From the NCBI GenBank assembly GCA_049724395.1, contig JAUGWO010000057.1, positions 1 to 64,000 on the forward strand: a DNA stretch of 64,000 nt, in the 5' to 3' direction. This DNA is from Spongospora subterranea f. sp. subterranea. Taxonomy: Eukaryota. Position numbers and translations under genes: made by a program. Positions 38,474 through 49,661 of the stretch are shown here, piece after piece. The notes under the pieces were generated by a model that was not told the origin of the DNA, searched no databases, and saw only the letters and a program-made list of their open reading frames with translations. Numbering within the stretch: position 1 is the stretch's first letter; each line of letters begins with the position of its first letter.

Positions 38474-39577
38474 TTACAAAACAAAGTCTGTGGACCCAAT
38501 ACCTGTACCTTTGATCCCAATATATGGTCCCTACTATCGACATCGCCATCATTTAGGTGCACAGTGTATGGACCCGTGATATTTATATGTGATCCGGTTT
38601 CTTGTCGTGAATTTGAAACAAACCAGACGTTCTTTCAGAGAATCGCGGGAAGTTTTACGTGTTTGACAGCTCCCTCTCGTTCCCCAAACCCAATGTTGAA
38701 AGACAACACTAATCGACAATCGACATTGTGCTAACCTGGTGGTTCAACACAACACGAATCCTCTGTTCAACACGTTGGCTAAAGCTGCCACGGAAAGGAA
38801 GTCCAACGCATCGATTCTCGATTTAATTGGTGTTGCCGTATTGATAGTGACTACGATTGCAGATACAACATCACGAACGGTTTCATGTGAGTCTTCAATT
38901 ATTGGTTATCGGTGTAATTCTCTCGTGGTTCACCAAACCCAGCTTAGCCTTCTTTATGATTGTAATCTCTTCAACAGGCTCTTTTTATAGCTGAATAAAT
39001 GGCTGACTTTGAGGCAGCAACTGCCAGAATATGCATTATCACATTCCCGGCAGCGAGTTAAAAGTACACATTGGAATGCGTTGTACGTGGTCGACAGTTT
39101 TGAATAAGTGTCAACGCAAAACCAGCATGTGTGGTCAAAACCCAAAAGTAAAATTTTTCTTAAAAAACAGTCTTTAAAATTGCTGAAAAGATCAAAGTTT
39201 ACAACTTGACGACATACGTTGATGAGGTCCACAAGTTTCCCAACGAATGTTCCCCAAAGAACTTCGTTGATGAATTCCTGATCAATTCCTGTAGTTGTAA
39301 AACCTATTCATGTCCTGGGTACATGTCAGCCATTGTGAGTAACGTGCTCAGTGTTTCATCATTATGATACCAGGAGCACGACTGATGGCGACAGCAGCAT
39401 CAACGCAACCCTGTGCAGTGCCCCTCCGTTATTACGTTATGGAGAAGTCATGTGTGTGTGTGTGTGTGTCTGTGTGCTGTGTGTGTGGTCTATGTATGCT
39501 GCACGTGTGGTGTGGACCCCTCATATGTGATTTGATATCGGCCAGGAACCATTGACGCGTGGTGAGCTGCGGGCGCG

Positions 39578-41322
39578 ATGGGAGCTTGCTGGACCTGCCC
39601 TGACACGGGAACCATGGCCATCATCACCAGGTGCCTATGCAAACTAATATTTTCAAAGCGAGCCTAATTGTGTGTGCAGATGTGGGAAGTTTGAAAGCAT
39701 TGCGGAAGTAGGTCATCCAGAATGCTGATACTTGCGTTGATCCGCTGGTTGATTCTGATCAATACCCCTAGCCTGGCTGTAAGCCACTTATTCCATGCCT
39801 GGGTCAAGGAGTTGCCGGTGTCGTTAATCTACGAGTTCAGGAAATTCGCCACAAAATTGAAGCAAAGGTATGCGTGGATATGCTAACATGAATATAGTTT
39901 TTCTGACTACGGTACGCTCTTCGGCTTTTATTGCCAGACGAAAGGTAATCTAGGCAAACGTCGTCATCTCAACATACTCATTGCGTGTTGGCAATAGATA
40001 ATGTAAACATTGTGACAATGTTTGAATGGTATTTTGAAGTTTTGAAAGGTTTTCATAATCGTACATTTTTCCATCCAATATCAAGTTCTACCAGAAAGGA
40101 TTTGCGAAGCCTTCTATCGTCTTTGGGATGTCAAGGTTACATCATCTACGAGAGTCTTCATTTACCAGTTACTGACTACCAAGTTTAGGGACAGTTGGAA
40201 TCCTATATTTTTGATGTAAGCAGCAACCGTGGATGGCATTTAGTGTAGTCTAACAGTTTCGACAGACAGTTAGGGCTCAAATACCACGAATTGTATGCGT
40301 TTAAATCGTCTACAAAAATTGTTCTCAATTTCCCATCTGTAGGTTTTTGATCAGGTTTTCCTTCAAAAAGAGGTACACATGTGTCTAGAATGGAGTTGAA
40401 GTTTTTTGATTCCATCTTTGAACATACAGGATATTAGCAAGCATATCAAGGCCGGTATTGTGAATCTAACGATTGCCTAAGCCGATATAAATATTGTGTT
40501 TCAGAGCTATCAGAAGCTATGGAGTCTTTTGGGCTCGTAATCGTGAATTCGTACGAATTCGTCAACCTTGCTGAAACATCGATCGTTCATCAACGTTTTG
40601 CCCTTAGGCTTATAACCGATATTGAGCCGACTGCCGACATCAAAAGCGCAATGAATGAAATTGTTCGTCAGCAGCGACTGAAAATGGGTTTGATGAGATA
40701 TCAAATTGAAAGAAAATAGAAATTGATGTTTTTTTCAAAGCTGCGGGCGATCAAGGCGAAACAGCACGTATATTAGCTGTTAAAACTGCTGAAGCAGAAG
40801 GGCAAAAAATTCGTATTCAGGTAGGATTCCGCTAAACAGGGAGTTCGCATCGACTGTTGAAACATATAAAAGGCGGCTGCTGACGCTGAAGCGAAATATC
40901 TCAACGGACAAGGAATCGCAAGGCAGCGGGCCGCCATTATCAATGGTATTTACTAGCAATGTTAACAATGTAATTATCAAAAATTCGGATTATAGGAATG
41001 CGAGAGGATGTTAGAAATTTCTCGAGCACGGTGGGCAACATCGGGGCTAAAGACGTATTGCACCTGATCATACTGACTCGTAAGTGAACACGGTTTGCCA
41101 TACACAGTGTTAACGTGCGCGAAAGAATACCTCGATACTCTTCGCGATGTCGCAGCCAAATCAAACACAAATACTGTTTTTGTACCTAATGTGTCTGGGA
41201 CAAACGCTTCAATGGTTGACGAAGTAACCAATGATATTAGTGAAAGTATTTCCAATATTGACGCTGCATTTTAGGTCCGGGACGGGTTCCTCCAGGCTTC
41301 GTCATCGGCACAAAAGCGTTAA
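39578..41322 (+). CDS. SPFH/band-7 protein, HIR (hypersensitive-induced response)-like; ~17 exons
   Basis: Spliced reading: MGACWTCP...CGKF...PG...PCLG...EAK/TKD/N/VFIIVHFSIQYQV...AFYRL...QLESYIFD...LITDIEP...AMNEI...DAEAKYLNGQGIARQRAAIING...YLDTL...NTVFVP...VRDGFLQ. Stop at 41320-41322. Confidence 0.92.
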
Positions 41323-41514
41323 ATAATTCTTTCAAGATCTCAACGAATTCAATAAACCGGTTGAATTTCTAATTCACAACACACCATTTTTCCTGTAAAG
41401 GCATAAACAAGTACCTACATACACCAACGGTGCTATCACCGATGGTAGCCACTTCAGATTCTCCGAAATCGCATATTTTTGTCACAGTGGTCAGCCAGAA
41501 GCGAATTCGCAAAA

Positions 41515-43263
41515 ATGGTATCGTCAGAAGCGTTTTTGAAGTCCACTCTGGATTTCGTCTCACAGCCCCTGCTGGCTCTTGAATCTCGCCCAGAGAACGC
41601 TATTGCTTTTTTAGAAAGTATCGACGGGATCCAGGTCAGCCCAATCTTTTTTTGTTGATGCTGTGGCATTCAGAAATCGCTGTAGTCGCTATTACATGCT
41701 TTCGCACTAGAGGACATTGAAAGTTCTGTAAGGCATGATATTGCTCGTGCGTTGAGCTTGGTGCTGTCTACCGATTTTGGGTCGAGACGCTCTTGCATCA
41801 TTTCCGGCGGTTAATCAAGTATTATTAGCGGGTTTGACCAATGATAACGATTTCGTCCGAGAAACTACCTCCGCCCAAATCCTGTCACTGTTGAATGCCG
41901 ATTATGCTCGTTTTTTTCCAATTATATCGTCCCCTGATCTTTATCGTGGACTATTGGTGGCGTTAGGAGATGAGATGACCTCCGTTTCAGAGCACGTCGC
42001 TAGTATTATTTTGTCGCTTGCTACGTCGGACGAAGCCTTCGTCGATTCATTCTTTTTTTCAAGCAGCTCGGAAGTTTTGCAGAAATTTACCACTGCTGAT
42101 TCAACCAAGTTGCTTCGAGTGCATGTTTTGGCAGCCCGCATAGGCAGCTTATCCGATAGCGCCTTTGAGTGTTATAAGAGCAGTGGTTATTTGAAAATGG
42201 CCCTCAATTTGATGAGGTCAGACACTGACGATATCCTGCTGCAAATATCCAGTCTTAGCATACTTCTCGAAATTGCCAAATCAGCGCCAGGATTGCATTA
42301 CTTGGTTGGGATCCCACTGGGAGAGCTGTTCAATAGATACCACCGGGCATCGAACGGCCCATTTACAGTCGTATCTGCTTTGAATATTCTTGACGGCCTT
42401 GTTGACCAGTCCATGAAACACGGCATCTTCGATTGGTTATTGCATCCTGGGCTGAGAGCGTTTTTAACATTCAGTCTACACAGTGAAGACGAGTCTATTG
42501 AGGAGGCTGCCATTAGTGCACTATCGGGAATCGGGAAATGTTTTATTGGTTTGGAAACGTTCTGCCAAAATCAAGATGACCTTCTTCCTCTTATCCCGAA
42601 GGTTCTGTCCCGGCCTCACATGCCAACCAATGCCCTCACAGTGGTGTCGCTACATTCTCTAGCCACAATTTTTTGCACTCAGTACCAGGGAGAAGAAGCT
42701 CGGAAAGCGGATTGTCACCGAGAATTTATCATACGCGGAGTCGTTGACCCATCGGATCCGCAAAGCGATCGCAATGTATCGCGATTTATGTCAAATGTCC
42801 AGAAGTGTTGCAGAAATATCGACAACGGTATATCATATGTTGATAATCATGCCTCATCGTTCATGTTGCACTTTCTTCTTCAGATTTACGGATCGCTGCG
42901 TATCGATTTTTGGGCGAATTCGCGCGTTCGCCGTTTGGTTTGAAGGCGGTACTCAGCACGCAAGGTTTCCTTCAACAGCTTCTTGACAGGAGCCTCGAGT
43001 TCAATGACAAAGCGAACCTTTGGAGGTTCGCCGTCGTCCAAACCATATCGACCAACCCGTTTCTGGAAGGGCTGGTCACCAGCCGAGTCGCCAGCAATAT
43101 ACGCCAGCATGTCCAACAGGTTTGGCCACTGTTCATCAGTCCACGCTACGACGCTAACCATCAGACTGGTGTTTCAGGGTCCGTATTTCCAAGCCCATCA
43201 GACGCAAGTCGTTACACTGTAACGTCAATGGTGCGTCGGGCGCAATTCGACTGCGGCGGATGA
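41515..43263 (+). CDS. PSMD5: 26S proteasome regulatory subunit 5 (S5b/Hsm3)-like ARM-repeat chaperone (apparent 1-nt frameshift ~41778)
   Basis: DSTKLLRVHVLAARIGSLS...SSGYL...DDILLQISSLSILLEIA...GLHYL and GFLQQLLDRSLE...RFAVVQTI resemble PSMD5 segments. Introns at ~41635 and ~42828. Confidence 0.75.
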
Positions 43264-43563
43264 GTTGAGCAGTGGGAACGATCAGCAGCGCTTCTATTAT
43301 TAATACAGGATCATTCAGTCAGGATCAGCTCACCGAATAATATCGATATTGAGCCGGCGTTCAATCTATATTGATACCTTACCGAGGTGTGCAGATGTTT
43401 AACGAGACTGTTCTGTCGCATTGCATCATCCGAGGATCAACACGTAAAATCTGGAAATCCATGATTTGTGCTTGCAATTTCGAAAACTGTCTGTGAGCGT
43501 TCGCTCTGCAGTGCGTTGAGGTGTTATAGAAGACAGATGCTTTATGTGTCCAGTCGACGCTAA

Positions 43564-44082
43564 TCAAGAAATTTCAATGCGCTTCGGTTCTTCCTTCTGT
43601 TTAGGTTCTTTTGGAATTGTCAATATCAGCATTCCTTTCTCGTACTTTGCTTGTATTTGGTCGCTGTTGATGTTTTCAGGAAGTCGAATGGTTCTGGTTA
43701 TACGGCCGTACTGTCTCTCGCTCCAGTGAACCTGGCCTCGGTCGCCGTCGCTCTTGATTTCGTTATTCACAGAAACAGACAGACTGTTTTTGCCAACGCT
43801 GACGTCAATATTATTCTTGGGGATTCCTGGCACTTCAACTGTGACTTCGTAGCCCGTGTCTTTTTCCGTCAGTTCCATGCGAATAGCGCTGAGAACCAGT
43901 TTTCCTGAGCTAATCAAATCTTCTTCTAAACCCTGAAGGAGAAGGTTGAGTGCTTTCGGAACGGCAAGAGCTTTTGGCGTGGCGCCTGTGTAAAGCGTCG
44001 TTTCAAACGAATCCGCGCATTGAAGAAATGATAATGCAAAGATCACAGCAAGCGAAGCTAAGATCGCCTTCTCCCAATTCAT
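43564..44082 (-). CDS. Small heat-shock protein (HSP20/alpha-crystallin) with N-terminal signal-like peptide
   Basis: MELTE...YEVTVEVPGI...SERQYGRITRTIRLPENI...AKYEKGMLILTIPK...RIEI. Hydrophobic N-terminus from Met 44082 (MNWEKAILASLAVIFALSFLQCADS); an upstream in-frame TTG lies at 44217. Confidence 0.9.
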   Translation of the reverse strand: MNWEKAILASLAVIFALSFLQCADSFETTLYTGATPKALAVPKALNLLLQGLEEDLISSGKLVLSAIRMELTEKDTGYEVTVEVPGIPKNNIDVSVGKNSLSVSVNNEIKSDGDRGQVHWSERQYGRITRTIRLPENINSDQIQAKYEKGMLILTIPKEPKQKEEPKRIEIS

Positions 44083-44455
44083 CTTCTTTCTTGAGTTGGG
44101 AATTGACGCAAGATTGTCGGTTGGTTGAACAGTTTCCGTATTCAACTCCCACAGGAAGTTTCTAGCCACATGTTTATGAACTGGCGTGGTTTGTTTGTTA
44201 TCTCCGAGAGAATTCATTGATGTACATCAGGATAATCGCGGCATCCCTCTCGTCCAGTATTTGCCGACTGGTGACGAAACCGAGCAGACCAAATCATAAT
44301 AAACTCGCGAGACGCTCAAAAATAACACATACACTGTTTCGTTTGTTCACCAGCACTAAGTTGCAAATATCGGGACGCCAGCCCAAACATGGGATTTTTC
44401 AGGAATACAAGCTGAAATAAAAATATGTTTTTGAAGTTTAGTCAAAATTGTGACG

Positions 44456-44998
44456 TCACACATTCGTTTCAACTGCTTCCAATTCCACATTTTGATATTC
44501 ACAAATATTATCAAGCACGAAATTTTTAGGAAATGGCCACACTTTCTTCTCTGATGCCATATACGTTGCCAAGCTAAACGCGGATATTATTCCTTTCAAG
44601 ACCGATGCTTCTCTTTCGATGACGATTAGATGATGAACCTTTTTGTGGACCATCAAGTTTGCAGCCACGTCCACGTCCATGTCGGTGTCCACAATAGTTA
44701 GAGCCCTAGTAGGATCTAAAGCCGACTTGATCGGTGAGCTTAGATCATGCTTTAAAACCCATCTCAACTAAAACCGTTTACGCTAAATGAAACACGATAA
44801 TATCTGCAGCTATCATACCACATCAGTTTTCGTCAAGATTGCCAACGGCTTCCGAGTTTGCACGTCATCCGTGTCCGTAATGGCGACAGACGAGCATTGG
44901 TAATACAGCATTTGCTCAATCATCGTGCGAATACTGTCTTTCTCAAGCAGGCACAGAACGGCGGGTCCGCCGGTCATCACATCACCAATAACCGTCAT
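44456..44998 (-). CDS. CBS-domain pair protein (2 exons)
   Basis: IGDVMT...SSVAITD...PLAILTKTDV / ...AANLMVHKKVHHLIV...LKGIISAF. Confidence 0.8.
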
Positions 44999-45225
44999 AG
45001 TTATCGATTCACAAATATGCTGATAACCAGCGCCAGACGCAGATTCCAACCCGCTCTCGGACCGCGAGCTTCATCGAATATTCCAGTGCGGGTTGCCGAG
45101 AACGTTGGACATGTACACGTTATAATGACGTTCAGGTTTTGACGATACACAGTATATGGGACCGGGTAACCTGTATATGACACCTGTATATCCCATACTA
45201 CACCCACGACATAGAGATATTATGG

Positions 45226-46988
45226 ATGGGACACCCGTTTCCCGCCATTAACCAAATGGGCGTGACAGCTAAACCACCAGCTCGCCCAGCACGTCGGAGC
45301 AAACCCAAGACGCCTGGCGATGCGCCCGTCTCCCGTCAATACTGCACCATTTCCGCCACTGCTCTCAGCAGCTTGATCGAACAGCAAACGGCTACAAATG
45401 CTTCTTCAACAATTAGCGAAAGCCCGCAAAACCAATCCACATTCAGGACAAGTCAGAAGCATGAAGTGGAGCAGATATCGCAACAGAGTACTGGTAATCA
45501 ACAGAAAACTGGTAATTAGTTATAGTGCTTTGAAAATTGAGTTTTGAGTCTGCGGATTTGCTAGTTTCGGAACCTCCTCGGCGTGCTGAATTAACGCGAC
45601 TTGACAAAATCGACGAGAACAACGAGTACCAGGATAAAGGGGCAAACAATACGAACAATAGCGTGCAAAGCGGCAGCGCTGGTATCCATTTACCAGCGAT
45701 CCATGCACTTTCGGCAACAACGAAACCGAGAGATGAATTCGCTAATAACCGACTGAAATCTACCAGAGGCTGTGCGCTGGTTCATGAGGATGAATTTGAA
45801 AAACGTGCTAGGCAGAAGGCTCTTCTCAAGGAGCAGATCGAAGAAAGAAAACGAGCTAAGCAGCTTGAGGAAGAAAAGCAGGCTCGAATCATTCGCGAAG
45901 AAGATGAACGAGTTCAAACCGAGTTACGCATCCTTCAAAAGAGATGGGAGCAAGAGATAGAAAATGAGCGGCTTCAAGCAGTAAAAAAACGCGAGCGAGA
46001 CAGAGAATGGCTCCAAGTTTCTAAAAAGGTTTCAGCAGAAACAACGCAACCTCCTCCTCAAACATCTCCAGTACCGGTTTTATTAACACCGGCAGATCGC
46101 ATACAACCTATGCCGTCGTCCCACAGACATCAGAAAGCTCAGAGTTCTGCCGCCGACGTAAAGCCAGCTCACAATGTCTCTTTGACAGGCGCTACTCCTC
46201 CATCGCAAGCACCAATCGGCGTTTCGGAAATGGTCGCCCTGCGTCCAAATTTTGCTGCTGTTCCACGAAATCCTGCTCCATCAAAGGAGCTACTGGATTT
46301 AGGAAATTTATGCAAAAGACTGCTGATTGAACAAGAACAGTTCAAGAAGGAATTGCTGGAGCAGAAGATGCAGACGAAAACGGTGAAGCAACAAAAAGCT
46401 GCAAATGAGGCATTGACTGAGCAAATTCATGATCTGCAAGCTCAGATATACTCGCTCACATCTCATGACAGAGCCAAGGCTCGCGTTCGTGAGCATCGCC
46501 GCAAGGAAAATGCATCCGAACCCGGTGCTGAAGGGCGACGGTGCGACATACAGCGCGAAAAACCCAGCAGAAATCTCGACAAAGAAGGATCGACCTCGGT
46601 GCCAGGCAGGGCAAGAGCGGCACCTTCACGCAAGCGAGGCTCATGGGCTACTCGTAGTAAAGCTGGCGCTCCAGCACCCCGAGCAAGCGTTTCAATGGTA
46701 GCGGCGGGGGTGCAGGAAAAAGGAGAAGAACCTGAGCTGGAAGATGACTTGGAGCTAGGAAGTTCTACCAAGCTGATATATCCAGGTGATTCACTCTGGG
46801 ATATGTCGGATAGTGATATAGGTGCATTTCCACCAAATCCCAAAATTTATTCAGCGCTAGAGAAACCGAACAATCCACCACGGGGAAATAAATCAGGAAG
46901 GCGTAAACTACTGCTAACGCAAACCCTACCGACACGATCAAGGCTTAAACCAGTAATTGCCATTCCGCGTCGCAGCGCCCGCATATAG
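45226..46988 (+). CDS. Coiled-coil low-complexity protein (CCDC66-like segment)
   Basis: Long ORF with RARQKALLKEQIEERKRAKQLEEEKQARIIREEDER and a second coiled coil; probable intron near 45511. Confidence 0.6.
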
Positions 46989-47153
46989 GAAATACACCAG
47001 TTAGATCAACCACGTGAGAACGAGAAGGAATGGCGTCTAATCACAATAAATTTACTCATTATCTGCAATAATCGATGAACTTCGATGAAATGTTGGGGCG
47101 AATAGGAAGTGATGTGAGCGTGCCGGGGAGGCCGAGCAACGGACTCTCACCGT

Positions 47154-47288
47154 AACAGTGTACCCAATGTTGTTCGGCCTCCCAGTGTAACTCAACAGTG
47201 TACCCAATGTTGTTCGGCCTCCCAGTGTAACTCAACAGTGTACCCTATGTTGTTCGGCCTCCCAGTGTAACTCAACAGTGTACCCAAT
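47154..47288. repeat. 40-bp minisatellite, 3.4 copies, upstream of CDC5
   Basis: aacagtgtacccaatgttgttcggcctcccagtgtaactc x3 (one substitution) plus a 15-bp partial copy. Confidence 0.96.
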
Positions 47289-47409
47289 ACATTAGTGTAC
47301 ACGGATTCCGTCTACGGTCCTCGGCTCCACACCTCTCATTAAGAGAGGCCCCCGACTTCAATCTCCTTTTCAGTCGTCATCGACGTGAACTGATCTCTGG
47401 TTGGGCGAG

Positions 47410-49650
47410 ATGAGGTTCGTTCGGAAGGGCGGAATCTGGAAGAACACCGAAGATGAGATCCTCAAGGTCGCCGTGATGAAGTATGGCAAGAACCAATGGG
47501 CGCGCATATCGTCTTTGCTGGTTCGAAAATCCGCAAAACAGTGCAAAGCACGGTGGTATGAATGGCTGGATCCTTCTGTCAAGAAAACAGAATGGAGTCG
47601 CGAAGAAGAAGAAAAACTCCTACATCTCGCTAAGATAATGCCATCGCAATGGCGAAGTATTGCAACCATTGTTGGCAGGACCTCGACGCAGTGCCTCGAG
47701 CATTATGGCCAATTATTAGATCAAGCACAAGCTTTAGACCATAGCGAATCGGCGGATGCCAAATCCGAAACAGTTAGGCGACTTCGCCCTGGTGACATAG
47801 ATGCCCATCCTGAGTCGAAACCAGCACGACCCGATCCGATTGACATGGACGAAGACGAAAAAGAGATGTTGTCGGAGGCTAGAGCCCGTTTAGCGAATAC
47901 AAAGGGAAAAAAAGCGAAACGGAAGGCTCGAGAAAAACAGTTAGAAGAGGCTAGGCGGTTGGCTACACTACAGAAGCGGCGTGAATTAAAGGCGGCAGGT
48001 ATTGAGTTCAAGGGGCCACCACGACCGTCCAAAAACAAAAACAAACGCAAGGAAATGGATTACAATACAGAGATTCCGCTGGAAAGACGAGTACCACGAG
48101 GATTTTTCGACACAAGCGATGAAGATCAAGCTATGAAGAAGTTGAGGTCAGCGGAAGTATTCATTGGGAAAACGTTGACGGAATTGGATGGTAAGCGACG
48201 CGATGCTATCGAAGAACAAGAACGTAAGAAGGATGCTAAAAGACAGGAGTTGATGAAGAAGCACGATCTTCCCTCTTACATTGCGCAAATCAACAAGCTT
48301 AACGACCCTCAATTGTCAAGACCCCGGCCAACACTGTCCTTGCCAGCTCCTCAGATAACGGATAAGGAACTTCGTGGTCTTTCATCGTTAGGAGTCCTCG
48401 GCGATGGTACCCCTGTATCGCGTGGGTTAAGTCAGACCTATAGAGGCCCATCAGCTACGCCAACACCGATGCGCACACCAGCTCCCGCTATTGGGACGGA
48501 TTCACTCGTTATGGAAGCCCAGAATTTATTGGCGCTGGAAAGATCGCAAACTCCCTTAACTGGTGGTGAGAACGCCTATTTACATCCTAGTGATTTCAGC
48601 GCGGCCACGCCCAAGCACAAGAGCTTTCACACACCAAATACACTAGCTATCGCTGGTGGTACCACCCCCTCGCTCCCAGGTGCTACACCCTCCTCGCAAG
48701 TTCAGAGGACTCCCAGGCGTGATGCATTCAACATCAACGTCGTTGCTGGTGATGAATATGAGTCGACGCCAAATCTTGAAAACCATCAATCAAGAATCAT
48801 CTCTGAACAGCTCCGGGGTTCATTTCATTCGCTTCCCAAGGCAAACAACGAGTTTGCCCTTGTTATTCAGGATGCCGTCGAAGATGATACAGTTTCTGAG
48901 GCTGTTGACACAATAGTGCCTGATGCCGATGACGTCCGCCGGTGGGACGTAGAGGAGAAGACTAAACTCTGGACAATTGCCTTCAAGAGCATGTCTACAG
49001 TCTTGCAACGTCCTGAACTGCCTCGGCCAGCTTCGTTCAATGCCGACATCCCCGTTTCATTTTCCCCCAATGCGGACTTTGACATCGAGAGCGAGATTCA
49101 TCAGGAAATGCTGTCAAAGGTCCAGCACGACTTAACTATCCATCCAAGTGGCAGGAAGCCAGACCCAAGCGACTCCGGCCAGCCCGTATTCCCATACACG
49201 TTGGAACAAATCAGTATTGCCCGGGACATCGTTGAATCGGAGGCTGGAGAGTTCGACGAGCTCACCGAGGTTTCGGAAATCGCCAATGCGAGTCCTGCTG
49301 TGGTAACCCAGGACATGATTCCGAGCCTCATCGACTACTTGGATAATCGAGAAAAGACAATCGGAAAAATCGAAGCTCGATTAGCTAGCCACATATCTGG
49401 GTTACATCATCAAGGGAAATCGCTACGGATTCAACTATCGCAAACGCACCGTGATCTTGAACAATCGGCCCTTGATCTGGACTGTTTCAAGATGCTGGCG
49501 GATATGGAAGCAGTCGCTATCCCAGACAGAATTCGCTTGTTATCCACGGAGGTAGAAGACGTTGTGAATCTGGAAGAGTCCCTGCAACAGGAGTACAGAA
49601 GTCTCGACGAACAGTATTCTCAACTGTGCAAACCTACGTCTGTATGTTGA
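47410..49650 (+). CDS. CDC5: Pre-mRNA splicing factor CDC5/CEF1 (Myb repeats)
   Basis: KGGIWKNTEDEILKVAVMKYGKNQWARISSLL...WYEWLDPS.KKTEWS, DMDEDEKEMLSEARARLANTKGKKAKRKAREKQLEEARRLA. Intronless. Confidence 0.98.
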   Translation: MRFVRKGGIWKNTEDEILKVAVMKYGKNQWARISSLLVRKSAKQCKARWYEWLDPSVKKTEWSREEEEKLLHLAKIMPSQWRSIATIVGRTSTQCLEHYGQLLDQAQALDHSESADAKSETVRRLRPGDIDAHPESKPARPDPIDMDEDEKEMLSEARARLANTKGKKAKRKAREKQLEEARRLATLQKRRELKAAGIEFKGPPRPSKNKNKRKEMDYNTEIPLERRVPRGFFDTSDEDQAMKKLRSAEVFIGKTLTELDGKRRDAIEEQERKKDAKRQELMKKHDLPSYIAQINKLNDPQLSRPRPTLSLPAPQITDKELRGLSSLGVLGDGTPVSRGLSQTYRGPSATPTPMRTPAPAIGTDSLVMEAQNLLALERSQTPLTGGENAYLHPSDFSAATPKHKSFHTPNTLAIAGGTTPSLPGATPSSQVQRTPRRDAFNINVVAGDEYESTPNLENHQSRIISEQLRGSFHSLPKANNEFALVIQDAVEDDTVSEAVDTIVPDADDVRRWDVEEKTKLWTIAFKSMSTVLQRPELPRPASFNADIPVSFSPNADFDIESEIHQEMLSKVQHDLTIHPSGRKPDPSDSGQPVFPYTLEQISIARDIVESEAGEFDELTEVSEIANASPAVVTQDMIPSLIDYLDNREKTIGKIEARLASHISGLHHQGKSLRIQLSQTHRDLEQSALDLDCFKMLADMEAVAIPDRIRLLSTEVEDVVNLEESLQQEYRSLDEQYSQLCKPTSVC

Positions 49651-49661
49651 ATATATTATGG

